A stretch of DNA of 64,000 bases from Octopus vulgaris (lineage: Eukaryota): assembly GCA_951406725.2 (NCBI GenBank), contig OX597839.1:37572001-37636000 (forward strand). The letters are read 5' to 3'. Below, piece by piece: positions 24,592 to 39,734 of this stretch. Position 1 is the stretch's first letter; each line of letters starts with the position of its first letter. The position numbers were made by a program, and so were the translations under genes. The notes beneath the pieces were generated by a model that was given only the letters and a program-made list of their open reading frames with translations, searched no databases and was not told the origin of the DNA.

Positions 24592-26574
24592 ATGTAAATG
24601 TGTGTGTGTGTATATATATGTGACTGTGTGTGCCATCTGTAAGTGTTTATGTGTGTGTGAGTATGTATATGTGACTATGAGTGTGTTTGTGTGTGTATTT
24701 AAAAAATATAATATACGTATGTGACTGTCACATATGGAGTTATGTGAATATATGGGATTATGCTGGTGTGTATATATATGTATACTATATATGTATGTAT
24801 GTGGCTGTTTATATGTATGTGTGTGTGTGACAGTGTATATTTATGTGTGTGTGACTATGAGTGTATGTCTGTATGTGTGAAATCTGTGTGACTAAGTATG
24901 AGTTGTGTGTGTTTATGTATGTATATATGTAGTTATCTATCTCTTCTGTTTTCCTCTATTGTTATGGCCATGCTGCAGCATTTACCACTTTCAGCAATAC
25001 AGATGATTACATTGGCAAGCAAAAATACACACACAAACACATGCTCATGGCTTCCACACAATTTCCATCTACCAAATTCAGTTAAATGATAATAATAATG
25101 ATAATAATAATGATAATAATAATAACGAAATTATTGCGTATCGTGCTCAGGTGCACCACAACTCATCAAAGGTGCGTGTACATCATCATCATCATCGTTT
25201 AACGTCCGTTCTCCATGCTAGCATGGGTTGGACGGTTCGACCGGGGATCTGGGAAGCCAGAAGGCTGCCCCAGGCTCCGGTCTTGTCTGGCAATGTTTCT
25301 ACAGCTGGATGCCCTTCCTAACGCCAACCACTCCATGAGTGTAGTGGGTGCTTTTTACGTGCCACCTGCACTGGAGCCAGGCGAGGCTGGCATCGGCCAT
25401 GGTCGGATTGGTGCATTTTACGTGCCACCTGCATGGAAGCCAGTCGAGGCGGCACTGGCTTCGGCCACGATTCGGATGGTGCATTTTACGTGCCACCGAC
25501 ACAGAAGCCAGTCGAGGCGGCGCTGGCATTGGCCACGAGAATTATGAACAAATGTCTGGGAAGTGAACAGTGTATGGGTCATGATATACATGTGTGAATG
25601 TGTATGGAGGGGGACGGATATCAGCTGTAGTGTTGGCGAATTTCAGGAAACATGGAGGTTTTAAAGGATGCAATGTCTTGGCAACTAACAACTGATGCAG
25701 GTAGTTTGTTCCATGCTTCAGCAACTCAGAGTGTGGAAAAATGTCTCCGAAAGTCATGGGAGCTGTGCTGTTTTCTGACTTTGTAGGCATGCCCACATGT
25801 GTTAGACACATGGAGCTCAAAAAGGTGTTCAAGGTGGTTGTTGGCATGATGGTTAATAATTTTGTGGATGTTTACTAAGTCAGTTGCCAGATGTTGGAGT
25901 TTCAATGTTTCTCTGCCCAGGGAAGCAAGGCTTTCAGAGTATGGCAGATTCCAGATGGAGAATATTCACTTGGTTGCGCATCTCTGAACAGTTTCCAGGA
26001 GGCCAATGTCCTGAGCAAGGTAGGGCTTCCAGACTGGTGATGCAAATTCCAAGTGTGGCCACACCTTAGCCATTTACAGCACATTTGTCGGCCCAGGGCT
26101 ATAGTGGAAGACTAAATGCCATGCAGTAGGACTGAACCTGAAACCACATGATTGTAAAGCAAGCTTCTTAACCACTCAACCATGCTGGTCTCTGTGTTGA
26201 TTGTTTTTTTGTTTTCTTCTTTTTTACTATTTTATCAATCCCTGAATGATGGCAACCAAAGTAGACACAGGCAAGATTTGAACTCAAAACTTAAAGGGAC
26301 AGAATGAAATATCACAAGACATTTTTGTCTGATGCTCAACCGCTTCTGCTAATAACCAAACTCCCAAAATTGTTTCTCACCGAAATAATGATGGTGATGA
26401 TAGTGATGATAGTGATGATGATGTGTGTGTTTGTGTATAAAATGTCTACATTTGTGTATATACACCTATAAACATGTGTACCTTTGTGTGTATATAGTGT
26501 CTTTACTGTCTACACACACATGCACATAATATACATCCTGTGCAACTTCCTGTCAGTCATTACACCGCCATGTG

Positions 26575-26665
26575 TGTGTATGTATATATATATATATATA
26601 TCTATATATACACATACATACATATACACACACATATATATATATATATATATACATACATACAT

Positions 26666-26702
<37 letters not shown>

Positions 26703-26851
26703 CATAGATATATATATATATACACATACATAGATATATATATATATATACATACATAGATATATATATATATATATACATACATACATAGATATATATA
26801 TATATATATACATACATACATAGATATATATATATATATATATACATACAT

Positions 26852-26886
<35 letters not shown>

Positions 26887-26960
26887 CATACATAGATATA
26901 TATTTATATATACATACATATATATATATATACGCACGCACGCACACACACACACACAAA
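26575..26960. repeat. (TA)n microsatellite punctuated by CATACATAG
   Basis: Direct inspection. Confidence 0.95.
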
Positions 26961-27470
26961 TATAACATTTTCCCTGGAGTACCGACACAACTCCTTTCAA
27001 ATACTCTCATCTACCTTCTTCCTCTCTTCCGATTACTTCATTTCCTATTACCACCACCGCCGCTATCACCACCACCACCACCACCACCACCATCACCACT
27101 GATGTTAATGTTGTTGTCACTGCTGCTGTTGTTGTTACTGTTGTTGTTACTGCATCAGCTGGCACACTGCCTGTATGCGTTTGTTGTTGATGGTGGTGGT
27201 GGTGGTGGTAGTGCTTGTAGTGGTAGTGCTAATATTAACGGTGGTGATAAGGTGGCAAGCTGGTAGAGTCGTTAGCACACCAGACAAAATGCTGAGTGCC
27301 ACTTCGCCCCCCTCTTTACTTTCTAATTTCAAATTCTATCAAAGTCAACTTTGCCTTGCATTTGTTTGTGGCTCAATAAAACAAGTACCAGTTGAACCCT
27401 AGGGTCAATGTAATCAACACACCAGCATCGGTTGTCAAGCAATGCTAGGGGGACAAACACAGACACACAA

Positions 27471-27511
<41 letters not shown>

Positions 27512-27711
27512 CATATATACGACAGGCTTCTTTCAGTTTCCGTCTACCAAATCCACTCACAAGGCATTGGTCGGCCAGACTTGCTGGCCTCTTGCCAAAA
27601 TTTGAAACCATATTATTATTATTAACTTTCGTCCTGTGTTTTGTCCCTTTATGTTTTAATTGATTTTTGTTAGCCCTTGTGGCCAATAAGCAAATGAATT
27701 ATTATTATTAT

Positions 27712-28105
27712 TGAGTGAGAGAGCAGTGCATGCCATCAAAGTGACACTGGGGTAAAATATATGAAGCCCAGTATACCCATCATGACTACCCGTCTGATAA
27801 GGGTACACTAGGCACATGCATCACAACCATATGTGCACGACATGGTGATCTCATATCAAGATAAACAGCACATGACCTTGCAGGTGGGGCCCAGTTAGAA
27901 TTTTCTTCAGGTCGAGTAGCCTATCCCACTCAAAAGGTCCCTGAATAAGGGCTGTTTAAGGATGTTGAACAAACCACCCATGTTTCCAGAGGTGAATTAT
28001 TCAAACCCCAAAGAATCCCTCTCAACACGTGGCCATGATGCTCCCCTACTACTTCTGCTCATGATCAGAGATGCACATATCATCAGCTACCAAGGGACAC
28101 GTTCA
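27712..28105 (-). mobile_element. Unclassified interspersed repeat, probable LINE 3' UTR
   Basis: Higher-complexity block ending (minus strand) ...gcactgctctctcactcaataataat in a simple-repeat tail. Confidence 0.4.
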
Positions 28106-28600
28106 GGAGAGCAGCAGCCATCATAGTAGCAGTAGCGGAGATACAACGAGATGATACAGCATATCTCTTGTGAAGTGGTGGGTGTTGGTGGTGGTGTTGG
28201 TGTTTAGCCTCAGGTTATCTTTGCACACCTATCTTATTAACGGGTGTTGTTTGTTGGTGACTAAGCATTTTACTAATTAGCCGGATGTTGTCTTGCATAT
28301 TCTCTGCTTCTACGTATGAACGGCACCTTCGCATAAGTATATACTTAAATACATACAGACATGCATACACATGTATGTATACATACATGTATATGTACAT
28401 AAATACATGTGTACAGGCACACACACATGTGTATGTATGTATGTATGTGTGTGTGTGTATATGTATATAGCCAGCTACAATACTTATCTTTTAAGTCTGT
28501 ACTGATTCTGTTGATCTCTTTTGTTGAGCTGCTAAGTTACAAGGACAATAAACAAACCAACAGCAGTTGTCATGTGGTGGCAGTGATGACAGACATGCAT

Positions 28601-28648
<48 letters not shown>

Positions 28649-29873
28649 GCTTCTGCACAGTTTCCAGCCACCAAATTCACTCACAAAGTATTGTGTGGCC
28701 CAAGGCCATGGTAGAAGGCATTTGCCCAAGGTGCTGTGCATTGGGATTGAACCCCAAACCATTTGGTTGTGAAGTTAGCTTCTTACCACAAAGTAGAGAA
28801 CAAAAAAAAAGGTCCTCATTAACAGTGCACATGAGATGAAGTCTGCTCTGAATCTCACTGTAGGTGCTCCAGCATGGCCATAGTCACAAGAGTTCAACCA
28901 GGTTAAATTTAAAGTTGTAAATAGCTGCAGGCATGGCTGTGTGTTAAGGAGTCTGCTTTTGTTACCATGTGATTTCAGGTTCGATCCCACTGCATGACAC
29001 CTTGGGCAAGAGTCTTCTGCTATAGTCCTGACTTGACCAATGCCTTATGAGTGGATTTGGTTAATGGAAACTATGTAGAAGCCCATCATATGTTTGTGTG
29101 TGTGAGTTATTGTGCCCATCCCCCCATTTCTTGACAACCAGTATTGGTTTGTTTACATTCCTGTAATTTAGCTGTTCAGGAAAGGTGACCAGTAGATTAA
29201 GTAACAGACTTTAAAAATATGTACCAGAGTCAATTTGTTCAACTAAATCATTCTAAGTGGTGCTCCAGCATGGCTGCAGTCTAATGACTGAAACAAATAA
29301 ATGAGTAAACATTGATCCAACATCCCTGGTATTCCATATTCTTGCCCATATTGAAAGACCCCATTGCTCAATTTGATATATAGCAATCAATAGTGTGGAA
29401 CTGGTGTTATGTAATCCTTTGGTTAGTCTTGCTCAAGCTAACTTATAAGTAAGTGGCTGGTCAAATGCCTGGATTTGAAACTCTGTCCTCACCTCCATCA
29501 GATCATGCTTCTGATAAAAGTTGATTGTGAGTAAATACTTGTGATTTAGCTGGAGTTTTCTATTGCGTAATGAAATTGGTTCATTCTTTTTGAATAACCC
29601 TGTATATAGAGTGGACGCGCAATGGTCCAGTGGTTAGGGTAGCAGACTCACGGTCATAGGATCGCGGTTTCGATTCCCAGACCGGGCGTTGTGTGTGTTT
29701 ATTGAGCGAAAACACCTAAAAAAGCTTCATGAGGCTCCTTCACCACTCTTTCTCTCACTCTTTCTTCTGTTGGCCTGCTCGCTTAGCCAGCGGGGTGGCG
29801 TCATTCGAAGGCTAAAACAATGCGAACGCATTGTGATCAGCGATGTGTAGCAACATCTGATGGTCTGGTCGGT

Positions 29874-29921
<48 letters not shown>

Positions 29922-30380
29922 GATGGGCTTCTTTCAGTTTCCGTCTACCAAATCCACTCACAACGCTTTGGTCGGTCCGAGGCTATAGCAGAAGACATTT
30001 GCCCAAGGTGCCACGCAGTGGGACTGAACCCGGAACCATATGGTTGGTAAGCAAGTTACTTACCACACAGCCACTCCTGTATGTATACTCAACATGGTTC
30101 TCAGGGAGATTTAGTGTGATCTGGTGTGTGACGAGGCTGGGCCTTTGAAATGCAGGTACATATTATTTTTGCTGGCTGAGTGGACTGGAGCAACTTGAAA
30201 TATGGTTTTCTTGGTCAAGGAGAAAATGCCACCATCAGAAATGAAACTCACATCCTTGTGATCGTAAGACATGTATCCTAACCACTGAGCCACGCAGCTT
30301 CACAAGCCTGAATTAGAAGGACAAATAGAGGCAGACAGACGGAGATAATGATGGAAAGATGGATAGACAGACAGACAGAC

Positions 30381-30411
<31 letters not shown>

Positions 30412-31035
30412 TAGATAGATAGATAGATAGACAGACACATAGATAGACAGACACATAGATAGACAGACAGATAGATAGACAGATAGACAGACAGACAGAC
30501 AGATGGATAAAGAAGAGCAGAGGAGAGAGAGAGAATAAGAAAGAAGAGCAGAAGAGAGAGAGAGAGAGGGAAATAGAAAGAAGAGCAGAAGAGAGGAGAA
30601 AGGGAGACACACACACAAAGAGAGTAAAAGACACACACACTCACACACACACATGCACACACACACGCACACACACACACACACACAAAGAGAGCTGCCA
30701 GTTTAACTTTTCTGATTGCATACTGCAAAAATGTCAGGAATATTTATAATAAATTATAATATAATGAAGATATGTCATTTACCTACATTAATTAAACATA
30801 ATTATAACGTTTTAAATGGTAAAAAGTAAGTCTGTGGACAAGTGTATGTATGTATGTTTGTGTGTGTGTGTGTGTGTGTGTGGGGTGTCTCCTCATTGCT
30901 TTTATGTCAGGGTTAGAGAAGACATCTTAACTCTTTAGCATTTAAGCTGGTCATATCCAGCCCAAATATTCTCTGTTTTATGTTCAAACTGGCTAGATCT
31001 GGCCTCTCACACCTAACCTACAATGTCATTCTAAA

Positions 31036-31435
31036 AGTGGCTGTGTGGTAATTAGCTTGCTTACCAACCACATGGTTCCGGGTTCAGTCCCACTGCGTGG
31101 CATCTTGGGCAAGTGTCTTCTGCTATAGCCCCCGGGCCGACCAATGCCTTGTGAGTGGATTTGGTAGACGGAAACTGAAAGAAGCCTGTCGTATATATGT
31201 ATATATATATATGTGTGTGTGTATATGTTTGTGTGTCTGTGTTTGTCTCCCTAGCATTGCTTGGCAACCGATGCTGGTGTGTTTACGTCACCGTGACTTA
31301 GCGGTTCGGCAAAAAGAGACCGATAGAATAAGTACTGGGCTTACAAAGAATAAGACCTGGGGTCAATTTGCTCGACTAAAGGCGGTGCTCCAGCATGGCC
31401 GCAGTCAAATGACTGAAACAAGTAAAAGAGTAAAG
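31036..31435 (+). mobile_element. SINE family A inserted into a piggyBac-like MITE (~30928-31495)
   Basis: Family A match; flanks are two halves of the MITE family seen intact at 61997-62215. Confidence 0.8.
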
Positions 31436-32899
31436 AAATCTTGAAGCCTTGAGACAATGCATGATTAATTCAAAACAATGTTAATACATAAGTACTACTA
31501 GTTGGCCCCATGCCATGAAAAATGACGGCTAATTGTAGAGCTTTTTATGAATAAATATGGATGGTAAATCAAATTAATACACTTGTCAATGTTATCTAGT
31601 GGTTGTCTTTTGAGATGTGATTTCGATTATCGTTTGTTACTGAAAGAACGGGTGAAACGTTGAATGTTCACCATCCACATGGTTCCGGGTTCAGTCCCAC
31701 TGCGTGGCACCTTGGGCAAGTGTCTTCTTCTATAGCCTCGGGCCAACCAAAGCCTTGTGAGTGGATTTGGTAGACGGAAACTGAAAGAAGCCCGTCGTAT
31801 GTATGTATGTATGTATATGTGTGTGTGTGTGAATTTGGTAGGTAGAAACTTTGTGGAAGTTTCCCTAACCCCAAAGGCGGCGAGCTGGCAGAAACGTTAG
31901 CGGTATTTCTTCTGCCCCTACGTTCTGAGTTCAAATTCCGCCAAGGTCGACTGTGCCTTTCATCCTTTCGGGATCGATAAATTAAGTACCAGTTACGCAC
32001 TGGGGTCGATTTAATCGACTTAATCTGTTTGTCTGTCCTTGTTTGTCCCCTCTGTGTTTAGCCCCTTGTGGGAGTAGTAAAGAAATAAGAAACCGTGTGG
32101 AAGTCTGTTGGCATCGTAATCATCATTTAACGTCCATGTCCCAAGCTGGTATAGGTTGGACAGTTTGACAGAATTCAGAAGGTCCGAGGAATATGTGTAT
32201 TTGTTATTTCTTTACTGCCCACAAGGGCTACACACAGAGGGGACAAACAAGGACAGACAAACGGATTAAGTCGATTATATCGATTCCAGTGCGTAACTGG
32301 TACTTATTTAATCGACCCCGAAAGGATGAAAGGCAAAGTCGACCTCGGCGGAATTTGAACTCAGAACGTAGTGGCAGACGAAATACTGTTAAGCATTTCG
32401 CCCGGCGTGCTAACGTTTCTGCCAGCTCACCCCCCTTCTATCACAGCTTGACAACCTGTATTGTTTTGCTTATGTCCTCGTAACCTATCGGTTAAAAGAG
32501 AGTGATAGAATAAGTACCAGGCTTGGAAAAGCCCCCTTCTTCTTCTCCCCACCAAATAAATAAAGCAAAAATATAAGAGCTGGGGGTCGATACATTCGAC
32601 TAAAACCCTTCACCGTGGTGCTCCAGCATGGCTGCAGTCCAATGGAACAAGTACCAAAAAGACCTAAAGGAAAATAGAAGCCAAGCCGTGCTAGAAAAGA
32701 TTAAGAAAGGTCACACGTCCATCAAATTCGGGTGAAATTATTTAAAATAAAAACGGTCGTTTTGTTTGTTTGTTTTTTTGTCATTTTTATTTCCGGAATC
32801 GTTATTTATTTATTTATTTGTTTAAAAATTTTTTTTTTTTTTCTCTAAGCTAAAAAATTCCTTCACATTCTTTCATGAGTAGAACCTTCCAGAAAACCA

Positions 32900-33580
32900 G
32901 GTCGAGAGGAAAAGATGGAGAAAGAGATTAGAAGAAGGGAGGACAAAGAGGACGGAGAGAGAGAGAGAGAGGGGGGGGAGACGAAAGAGTGGAAGGGTGA
33001 AGAGAAAGAGGGAGAGAGGAACGAAAGGAAAGAGAGGAATAGAGGGAGAAAGAGATAGAAGGGACAAAGAGGACAGAGAGAGAGAGAGACGAAAGAAGAG
33101 TGGAAGGGAAACGAGAGAGAGAGAGGGACGACAGAAGAGTGGAAGGGAGACGAGAGAGAGGGGAGGGAAGGGTGAAGAGAAAGAGGGAGAGAGGGGGACG
33201 AAAGAAGGAAGAGAAAGAGACGAAAGAAGAGAGAGAAAGAGACGGACGAAAGAAGAGTGGAAGGGAGTCGAGAGAGAGAGGGACAAAAGAAGAGTGGAAG
33301 GGAGAGGAGGGAGAGAGAGAGGGACGAAAGAAAAGTGGGAGTCGAGAGAGAGAGAGAGAGAGAGAGAGGGACGAAAGAAGAGTGGAAGGGTGAAGAGAAA
33401 GAGAGAGAGAGAGGAACGAAAGGAAAGAGAGGAATAGAGGGAGAAAGAGATAGAAAGAAGGAGGACAAAGAAGATGAGTGTAAGGAAAAGAGGGAAGGAG
33501 GGTAAAAACAGAGAGAGAGAGAGAGAAAGAGGAAGGGGGAAACAGGGATAAGACAAATGAGAGGGGAGGAAGGGGAGAGA
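32900..33580. repeat. Purine-rich minisatellite with recurring gacgaaagaagagtggaaggg
   Basis: Direct inspection. Confidence 0.9.
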
Positions 33581-34079
33581 ACTCTCAGAGTGGCCATTAT
33601 ATATGATATGGTATCTGTAATTTGGTTCACTACAGGGTCTGCAGCGTAGTGTGTGTGTGTGCGTGCGCGCGGCAATAACGCATACATACACGTGCATTAA
33701 TGCACTTACACACACACACACACACATGCTCACGCATGTACGCACTCTGCCAAACGCACATGCATTCTCACACACACCGTTCACTTCCCATATTTAATTA
33801 CCGTATAACATCTTACTTACATCTTATATAGTCTGTATCGCTATAACAAGCAGAGGGGGCCAGATGTTTGAGGAGAGAGAGAGAGTAGGGTGGTGGTGGT
33901 GGTGGTGTTGGGAATTAGATTTCCCCCCACCCCCTCTATCCCCCAGTACATAACTGGTATTTTTATTATCAGGAAGAATTTGAAGGCCAAAATGTAACCC
34001 GAAAGGATTTCGGCCGAGGATGCTATAAATAGCTGTAACAAAATACTTGTCTGACGTTTTTGTATAATAATGTTGTTTA

Positions 34080-34690
34080 TCACTGGGTTATCCCTGATCC
34101 AGCTGACCTATGATTAAAGACATTCCAGCAATGGCCATCCCATCTTTTATTCAAGTATAGTGTATCTAGGATACGTTATTTACTTTACTTAGCTTATTTT
34201 CTTCTATAGACAGCAAGGTGTGGTATTAGGGAAATTTGGTTGCTATTTCTAGCAGATAAGGAAGGTCTGTGAAGGCGTTCCAGCTCGGACCATCCTATAT
34301 TTGGGGGCATAGTGTCTCTAGGACTACATTATCTACTTGTCCTTTTCCCTTTTTTATGATAGTAGGGAGAGACATGATGGGGATTTGGTTGCTATTTTCA
34401 GCAGATCAAGAAGACCTATAGTCCTGGTTAGGACTATCCTGTATATTTTCAGGTATAGTGTATCAAGGACTATTTTATTTACTGTGCTTTTTTTCTAAGC
34501 CTGTAGGGCGTTGATGTGAAAGGGATTTGGTTGCTATTTCTAGCAGATCAGGAAGACCTATGAAGTCATTCCGCCTAGAAGCATCCCATATTTTTCAGGC
34601 ATAGTATATCAAGGACTACATTACCAATGTTACTTTCTTCAAGACTGTAGAATGTTATATGAAGATTTAGCTGTTATTTCTAGCAAGTCT
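34080..34690. repeat. Tandem array (~140-150 bp x4) of dispersed family E; also ~8180-8570, ~55120-55500, ~5565-5860
   Basis: atttggttgctatttctagcagat recurs at ~34234, 34383, 34525, 34665. Confidence 0.7.
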
Positions 34691-35188
34691 AGCAGCAGGA
34701 AGGGGACTGTAGTTACATGCCTCAAGTGCAGTACAGTTACTGATAATTACCTAGTAGAACCTCCCTACCCCTGGAGGAACGGAAAGCATAGTCAGTTCCT
34801 GTGGGACTTGAGCTCAAAATGGAGAGAGGTGGATGGGCGGGGGAGAAGAGATGTTAGAGTGTATATATATGTATGGACATGTGTATGTGTTTATGTATGT
34901 GTGTGTATGTATATATATATATATATATATATGTTTGTGTCTATATACGAGTGTATATGCCTGTGGTTGTCTGTAAATGTGTATATGGGTATGTGTTTGT
35001 ATGTATATATATATATATATATGGGTATGTACATATCTGTAAATGTATATATATATATATATAGTTTTCTATTCTCTCTCTCTCTGTTTCTATATATATG
35101 TATAAATGGGTGTGTGTGTGTGTATATATATTTATGTGCATAGAGATACATGTGTATATATATATATATATATATATAGATACATGTT

Positions 35189-35220
<32 letters not shown>

Positions 35221-35643
35221 CATGTTTGTGTGTGTATATATATATATATATATATACATGTTTGTGTGTGTATATATATATATGTATGTACGTATGTATA
35301 GAGTTAAGTAATTCCATTCAGCGACATCCTATATCATTACATAACAGTCTAGTTCACAAAGAGGTATAGAAATATCCAGATTTGTGTCTAGGCATGCTGT
35401 ATGAGACTGATTTCTGGCTCTCTTTTTACTGGGAATATCTATTTGGAGGCTTTCTCATATAAAACCTGTTGTTGAATTATCTTCCAGAGGCATGGCTGTG
35501 TGGTTAACAAGTCTACTTTCTAACCGCATGGTTTCAGGTTCAGTCCCACTGTGTGGTACCTTGCATAAGTGTCTTCTACCATAGCTTTGAGCTGACCAAT
35601 TCTTTGTGAATGAATTTGGTTGATAGAAACTGTGAGGAAGCCC

Positions 35644-35713
<70 letters not shown>

Positions 35714-36772
35714 ATGTGTACGTGTGTATATGCATGTATGTGTATATCTATGTGTGTATATATGTCTAAAAGTGTATTATATGTGTGTGTGCTTGTTCTC
35801 TACCCCTGCCATTTGACAACCAGTGTTGGTTTGTTTATGTCTTTGTAACTTAGTGGTTTTGGAAATGGGACCATTAGATTAAGTACCAGACTTAAAAATA
35901 TATACCGAGGTTGATTTGTTTAGCTAAATCATTCAAGGCGGTGCCCCAGCATGGCCACAGTCCAGTGACTGGAACATGTAAAAGATAAGTTATCATGTTC
36001 TTGTTTGACACTGAATATTTAACTACAGGACACTTAATAGAACATTATATATAAATATTATACAGGTGTGTCATCACAACAATCCAACATTGTACAGATA
36101 TTGGGTGTATCAAATGTAACGGCCATCGTTCAACCAGATCAGGTAATCATCCTCATTGCAATAGGCATAGACATGGCTGTTTGGTTAAGAAGGTTGCTTC
36201 CCAATCACATGGTTTCATATTCAATCCTACTGCTTGCTACCTTCAGTAAGTGTTCTGGATTAACTGATACATTTAGTAGATGGAAAACTTAATTGTTGTT
36301 TTTTTTCTCATGAAGAAGGCACTGAATTTCTTAGTTATTGTCTTCTAACCAGTCCTAGTGGATAGGGCGTTGCTCTCGTACTTTCAAGATAGTGGCTTCA
36401 ATTCCTAGGCTGGGTGGTGCATTGTGTTCCTGAGTAAAACACTTCTTGGACACATTAAACCTCCAATGTCCAGCAACTGATTTGGTAGACACCCACAAGA
36501 TTATCCACCATCTTTCCAATAACAACAACAACCTCATGGACATTTTTGAATTCCATGTGTCTAACACCCGTGCACATGCTTCCAGAGTCAAAAAGCAACA
36601 CAGTCTCCTTGACTTTTGGAAACATTTTGCCTCATGCAGAAATGTTGAAGCATGGAAGAAACTATCCATCAGTCGTTAACTGTTGAGACTTCAAAAATTC
36701 CATGGTTCTTGAAATTCACTAGCATTACACCTGTTTCCCTCTCCACTCTTTTTTTCAGTAACTCATTCACTG

Positions 36773-36811
<39 letters not shown>

Positions 36812-36814
<3 letters not shown>

Positions 36815-37036
36815 TCTTTACTCTTTTACTTGTTTCAGTCATTTGACTGCGGCCATGCTGGAGCACCGCCTATAGTTGAGCAAATCGACCCCGGGACTTA
36901 TTCTTTGTAAGCCCAGTACTTATTCTATCGGTCTCTTTTGCCGAACCACTAAGTGATGGGGACATAAACACACCAGCATCGGTTGTCAAGCAATGCTAGG
37001 GGAACAAACACAGACACACAAACACACACACACATA

Positions 37037-37092
<56 letters not shown>

Positions 37093-37246
37093 TACGACGG
37101 GCTTCTTTCAGTTTCCATCTACCAAATCCACTCACAAGGCATTGGTCGGCCTGGGGCTATAGCAGAAGACACTTGCCCAAGATGCCACGCAGTGGGACTG
37201 AACCCGGAACCATGTGGTTGGTTAGCAAGCTACTTACCACACAGCC

Positions 37247-37247
<1 letters not shown>
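36812..37247 (-). mobile_element. SINE family A
   Basis: Reverse complement of family A. Confidence 0.85.
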
Positions 37248-37295
<48 letters not shown>

Positions 37296-38186
37296 CCTAC
37301 TGGCACTTAAAAGCACCCATTACACTTTCGGAGTGGTTGGCATTAAGAAGGGCATCCAGCCATAGAAAACCATGCCAAATCAGACTGGGTCTGGTGCAGC
37401 CTTCCAACTTATTAGCCCTAGTCAAACCATCCAATCCATGCCAGCATGGACAACAGAGGTTAAATGATGATGATGATGATACTTAATGAATACACACTGT
37501 TGAAAGACCAGTTACTGCCATATTTGTCTTGAGATACCATCTCTTATGGACCTGATGTATTTAAGAAACACAAATATCAGAGTGAGATGAAAATTCATTT
37601 CAGCAGCTGCCAGTGAAAGTGCCAGATGTATTTCAGCCTCCTTATATCAATAAGGAGGCACACTCACAGCCAGTGACATGCTCCGATGAGAGCTTTTTGT
37701 CATCTGTGATATAGGAAGAAGTGAATAAAAGATTCACTGATGTTGCAAATAGCTGTGCAGCTGGTATGTGTGTGTGTGGGGGGGTTAAGAAACTCTCAAC
37801 AGAAGGTCCTTGGAGAAGACTCTCTCCCTCATCAGGCTGGTGTTATGGCCCTTAACTTTTTACACACTAAGTGGGCTGGGCCACGTCCAAGTCATGACTA
37901 TTGGGTGCCCTTCTGCTGACACATTTTAGCTACTTGGATATCAGAGATTTGTGCATTCAAACTGCCGAGAGATTTTATCTAGTTGTAACTCCTCTTTATC
38001 TGACTCAGCTGATGTGTGTGTGTGTTTGTGTATTTGTACTTACACACATTCACATGCATATATGCACCCCATATGTATAATAATACATAACTTGTCTATT
38101 AATTGCAAAGTCACTACATCAGATTACATTGTTTTATTGCAAAAACTTGTGTGTGCTTATCTATCTATCGATATCTCCCCCCACCC

Positions 38187-38214
<28 letters not shown>

Positions 38215-38218
<4 letters not shown>

Positions 38219-38400
38219 GATTATATAAAATCTGTTCTGTCTGCATGTGTGTGTGTCTTCTAGAATCTCGGGCATCCTCCATCCGATTGAGCTCAAATTT
38301 GATATGTAGATACCGACAGTATCAGGGTGTGTATAAGTTTTGAAAAAAATTAGAAAAATCGATTCCAGGTGAGAATGCGATCGATAAAGCCGTGGGAACG
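38215..38400 (+). mobile_element. Helitron-like non-autonomous fragment
   Basis: tatataaaat..gtctg..tgtgtgtgtc..ccgattgagctcaaatttgatatg..aaagccgtgggaacg layout typical of such elements. Confidence 0.4.
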
Positions 38401-39297
38401 TGCATTTGTACGTGCAAGTACATCATCAGCTGTTGAGATCAATACTACGTGTACGTGAGAAAAATGTACATGCAGTTTGTGCAAAAAAATTATCATACTT
38501 TTCTACATAACTGCACCTTCCATTTTTTGTTGTTTTTGTACTGCCTAAAGGCACGTTTCTTTCCTGCCAAGCTTACTGTTTAAACCATATTTGTGTTCTC
38601 CCAGTCAACAGCCTTATCATTACTGGTACTTTAAACTCTTCGGTTGCATATTTGTGTGAATAAAATCGTTTTTCTTTGGAATAGAAAAAAAAGTCAATCT
38701 TTATTTCTTCTTTTGCTGGTGTCTCAAATTTAGGTGAAATCAGTGTTTCTCAAAGGGGAGGCCTATGGGACGGACAGACAAGTTGTTTTGAGAAAATTTG
38801 GTTTAAATGTTTGACAACTCAGCACTGTCCATTGGACGGGGGTGCATTTTGCTCGTATATATATATATACATATATATATATGGCTATTTCTGAGTATGT
38901 ATGTGTGTTGGGTATGTGTTTTGTCAAGCTAGTCTTACTTATCCCTAGAAAATTCTTTGTCAGAGATACTCAGTTGCTAAGCAACTACCAGAAGTGCTAA
39001 CATCATTATTATCATTATCATTTTAACGTCCACTTGTTCATGCTTGCATAGATTGGACGGAATTTGTTGTGGATAAATTAAGTACTAGTTGTGTGCTGGG
39101 GTTGATCTAATTAACTGGTCCCCTCTCCCCAAAAATTTCAGGCCTTGTGCCTAGAGTAGAAAGGATTATTATTCGTGTAATGAAGGCAGGGGGCTGGGAG
39201 AATAGTTAGTATTATTATTATTATTATTATATTAAATATTTTCATATATTTTCTTGTATTTCAGGTTGACCAGTAAAGAAAGAAATTACTTTTGAAA

Positions 39298-39463
39298 ATG
39301 GCAAACCAAGGTTTGGCAGAAGAATTCTCTTATTTGTCTGTTGACGATATTCGGAAGCCACCTGCACCAAAACTTCCTCCAGCTTTACAACCCCGCCAGC
39401 GTGTCGAGCAATCACAGAACCCTGTCACTTCCCACAATTCCCATCCACAGATCTACAGAGCTG
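39298..39463 (+). CDS. LPP: First coding exon of zyxin/LPP-family LIM gene (exon 39265-39463, ATG at 39298): MANQGLAEEFSYLSVDDIRKPPAPKLPP...IYRA
   Basis: Acceptor ttttcttgtatttcAG at 39263-64; ATG in aaaATGg context; donor G|GTACAT at 39464 is phase 1 and joins in frame to the next exon. Confidence 0.75.
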
Positions 39464-39734
39464 GTACATGTTATTCTTTGATAAATTTTACTCAGTCCTT
39501 AACGATCATGTTATTTTTAGGGGCCAGACAGGTGTGTGTGTGTGTGTGTGATGATATGAATGCATTGATTGCAGGCCTGGCTGTGGTTAAAAGGCTAGCT
39601 TTGCAACCACATGGTTTTGGGTTGCCTTGTGACTGAATTTAGTAGACAGAAACTTTGGAATCCTGTCATATGTGTGTGTGTGGTGATGATACCGATGATT
39701 GTAAATTGATGGTTAGAATGAGCGTGATGATGAT

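Noticed and set aside
32863-33784. 274-303-aa S/L/F-rich ORFs
   Set aside because: Translations of a purine-rich minisatellite.
37790-37840. CUGAUGA plus hairpin on the minus strand
   Set aside because: No GAAA or NUH after the stem, so not a hammerhead.
39464-39636. C-terminal half of ORF 39292-39636
   Set aside because: Lies past the phase-1 donor and runs into (TG)n and a SINE head.
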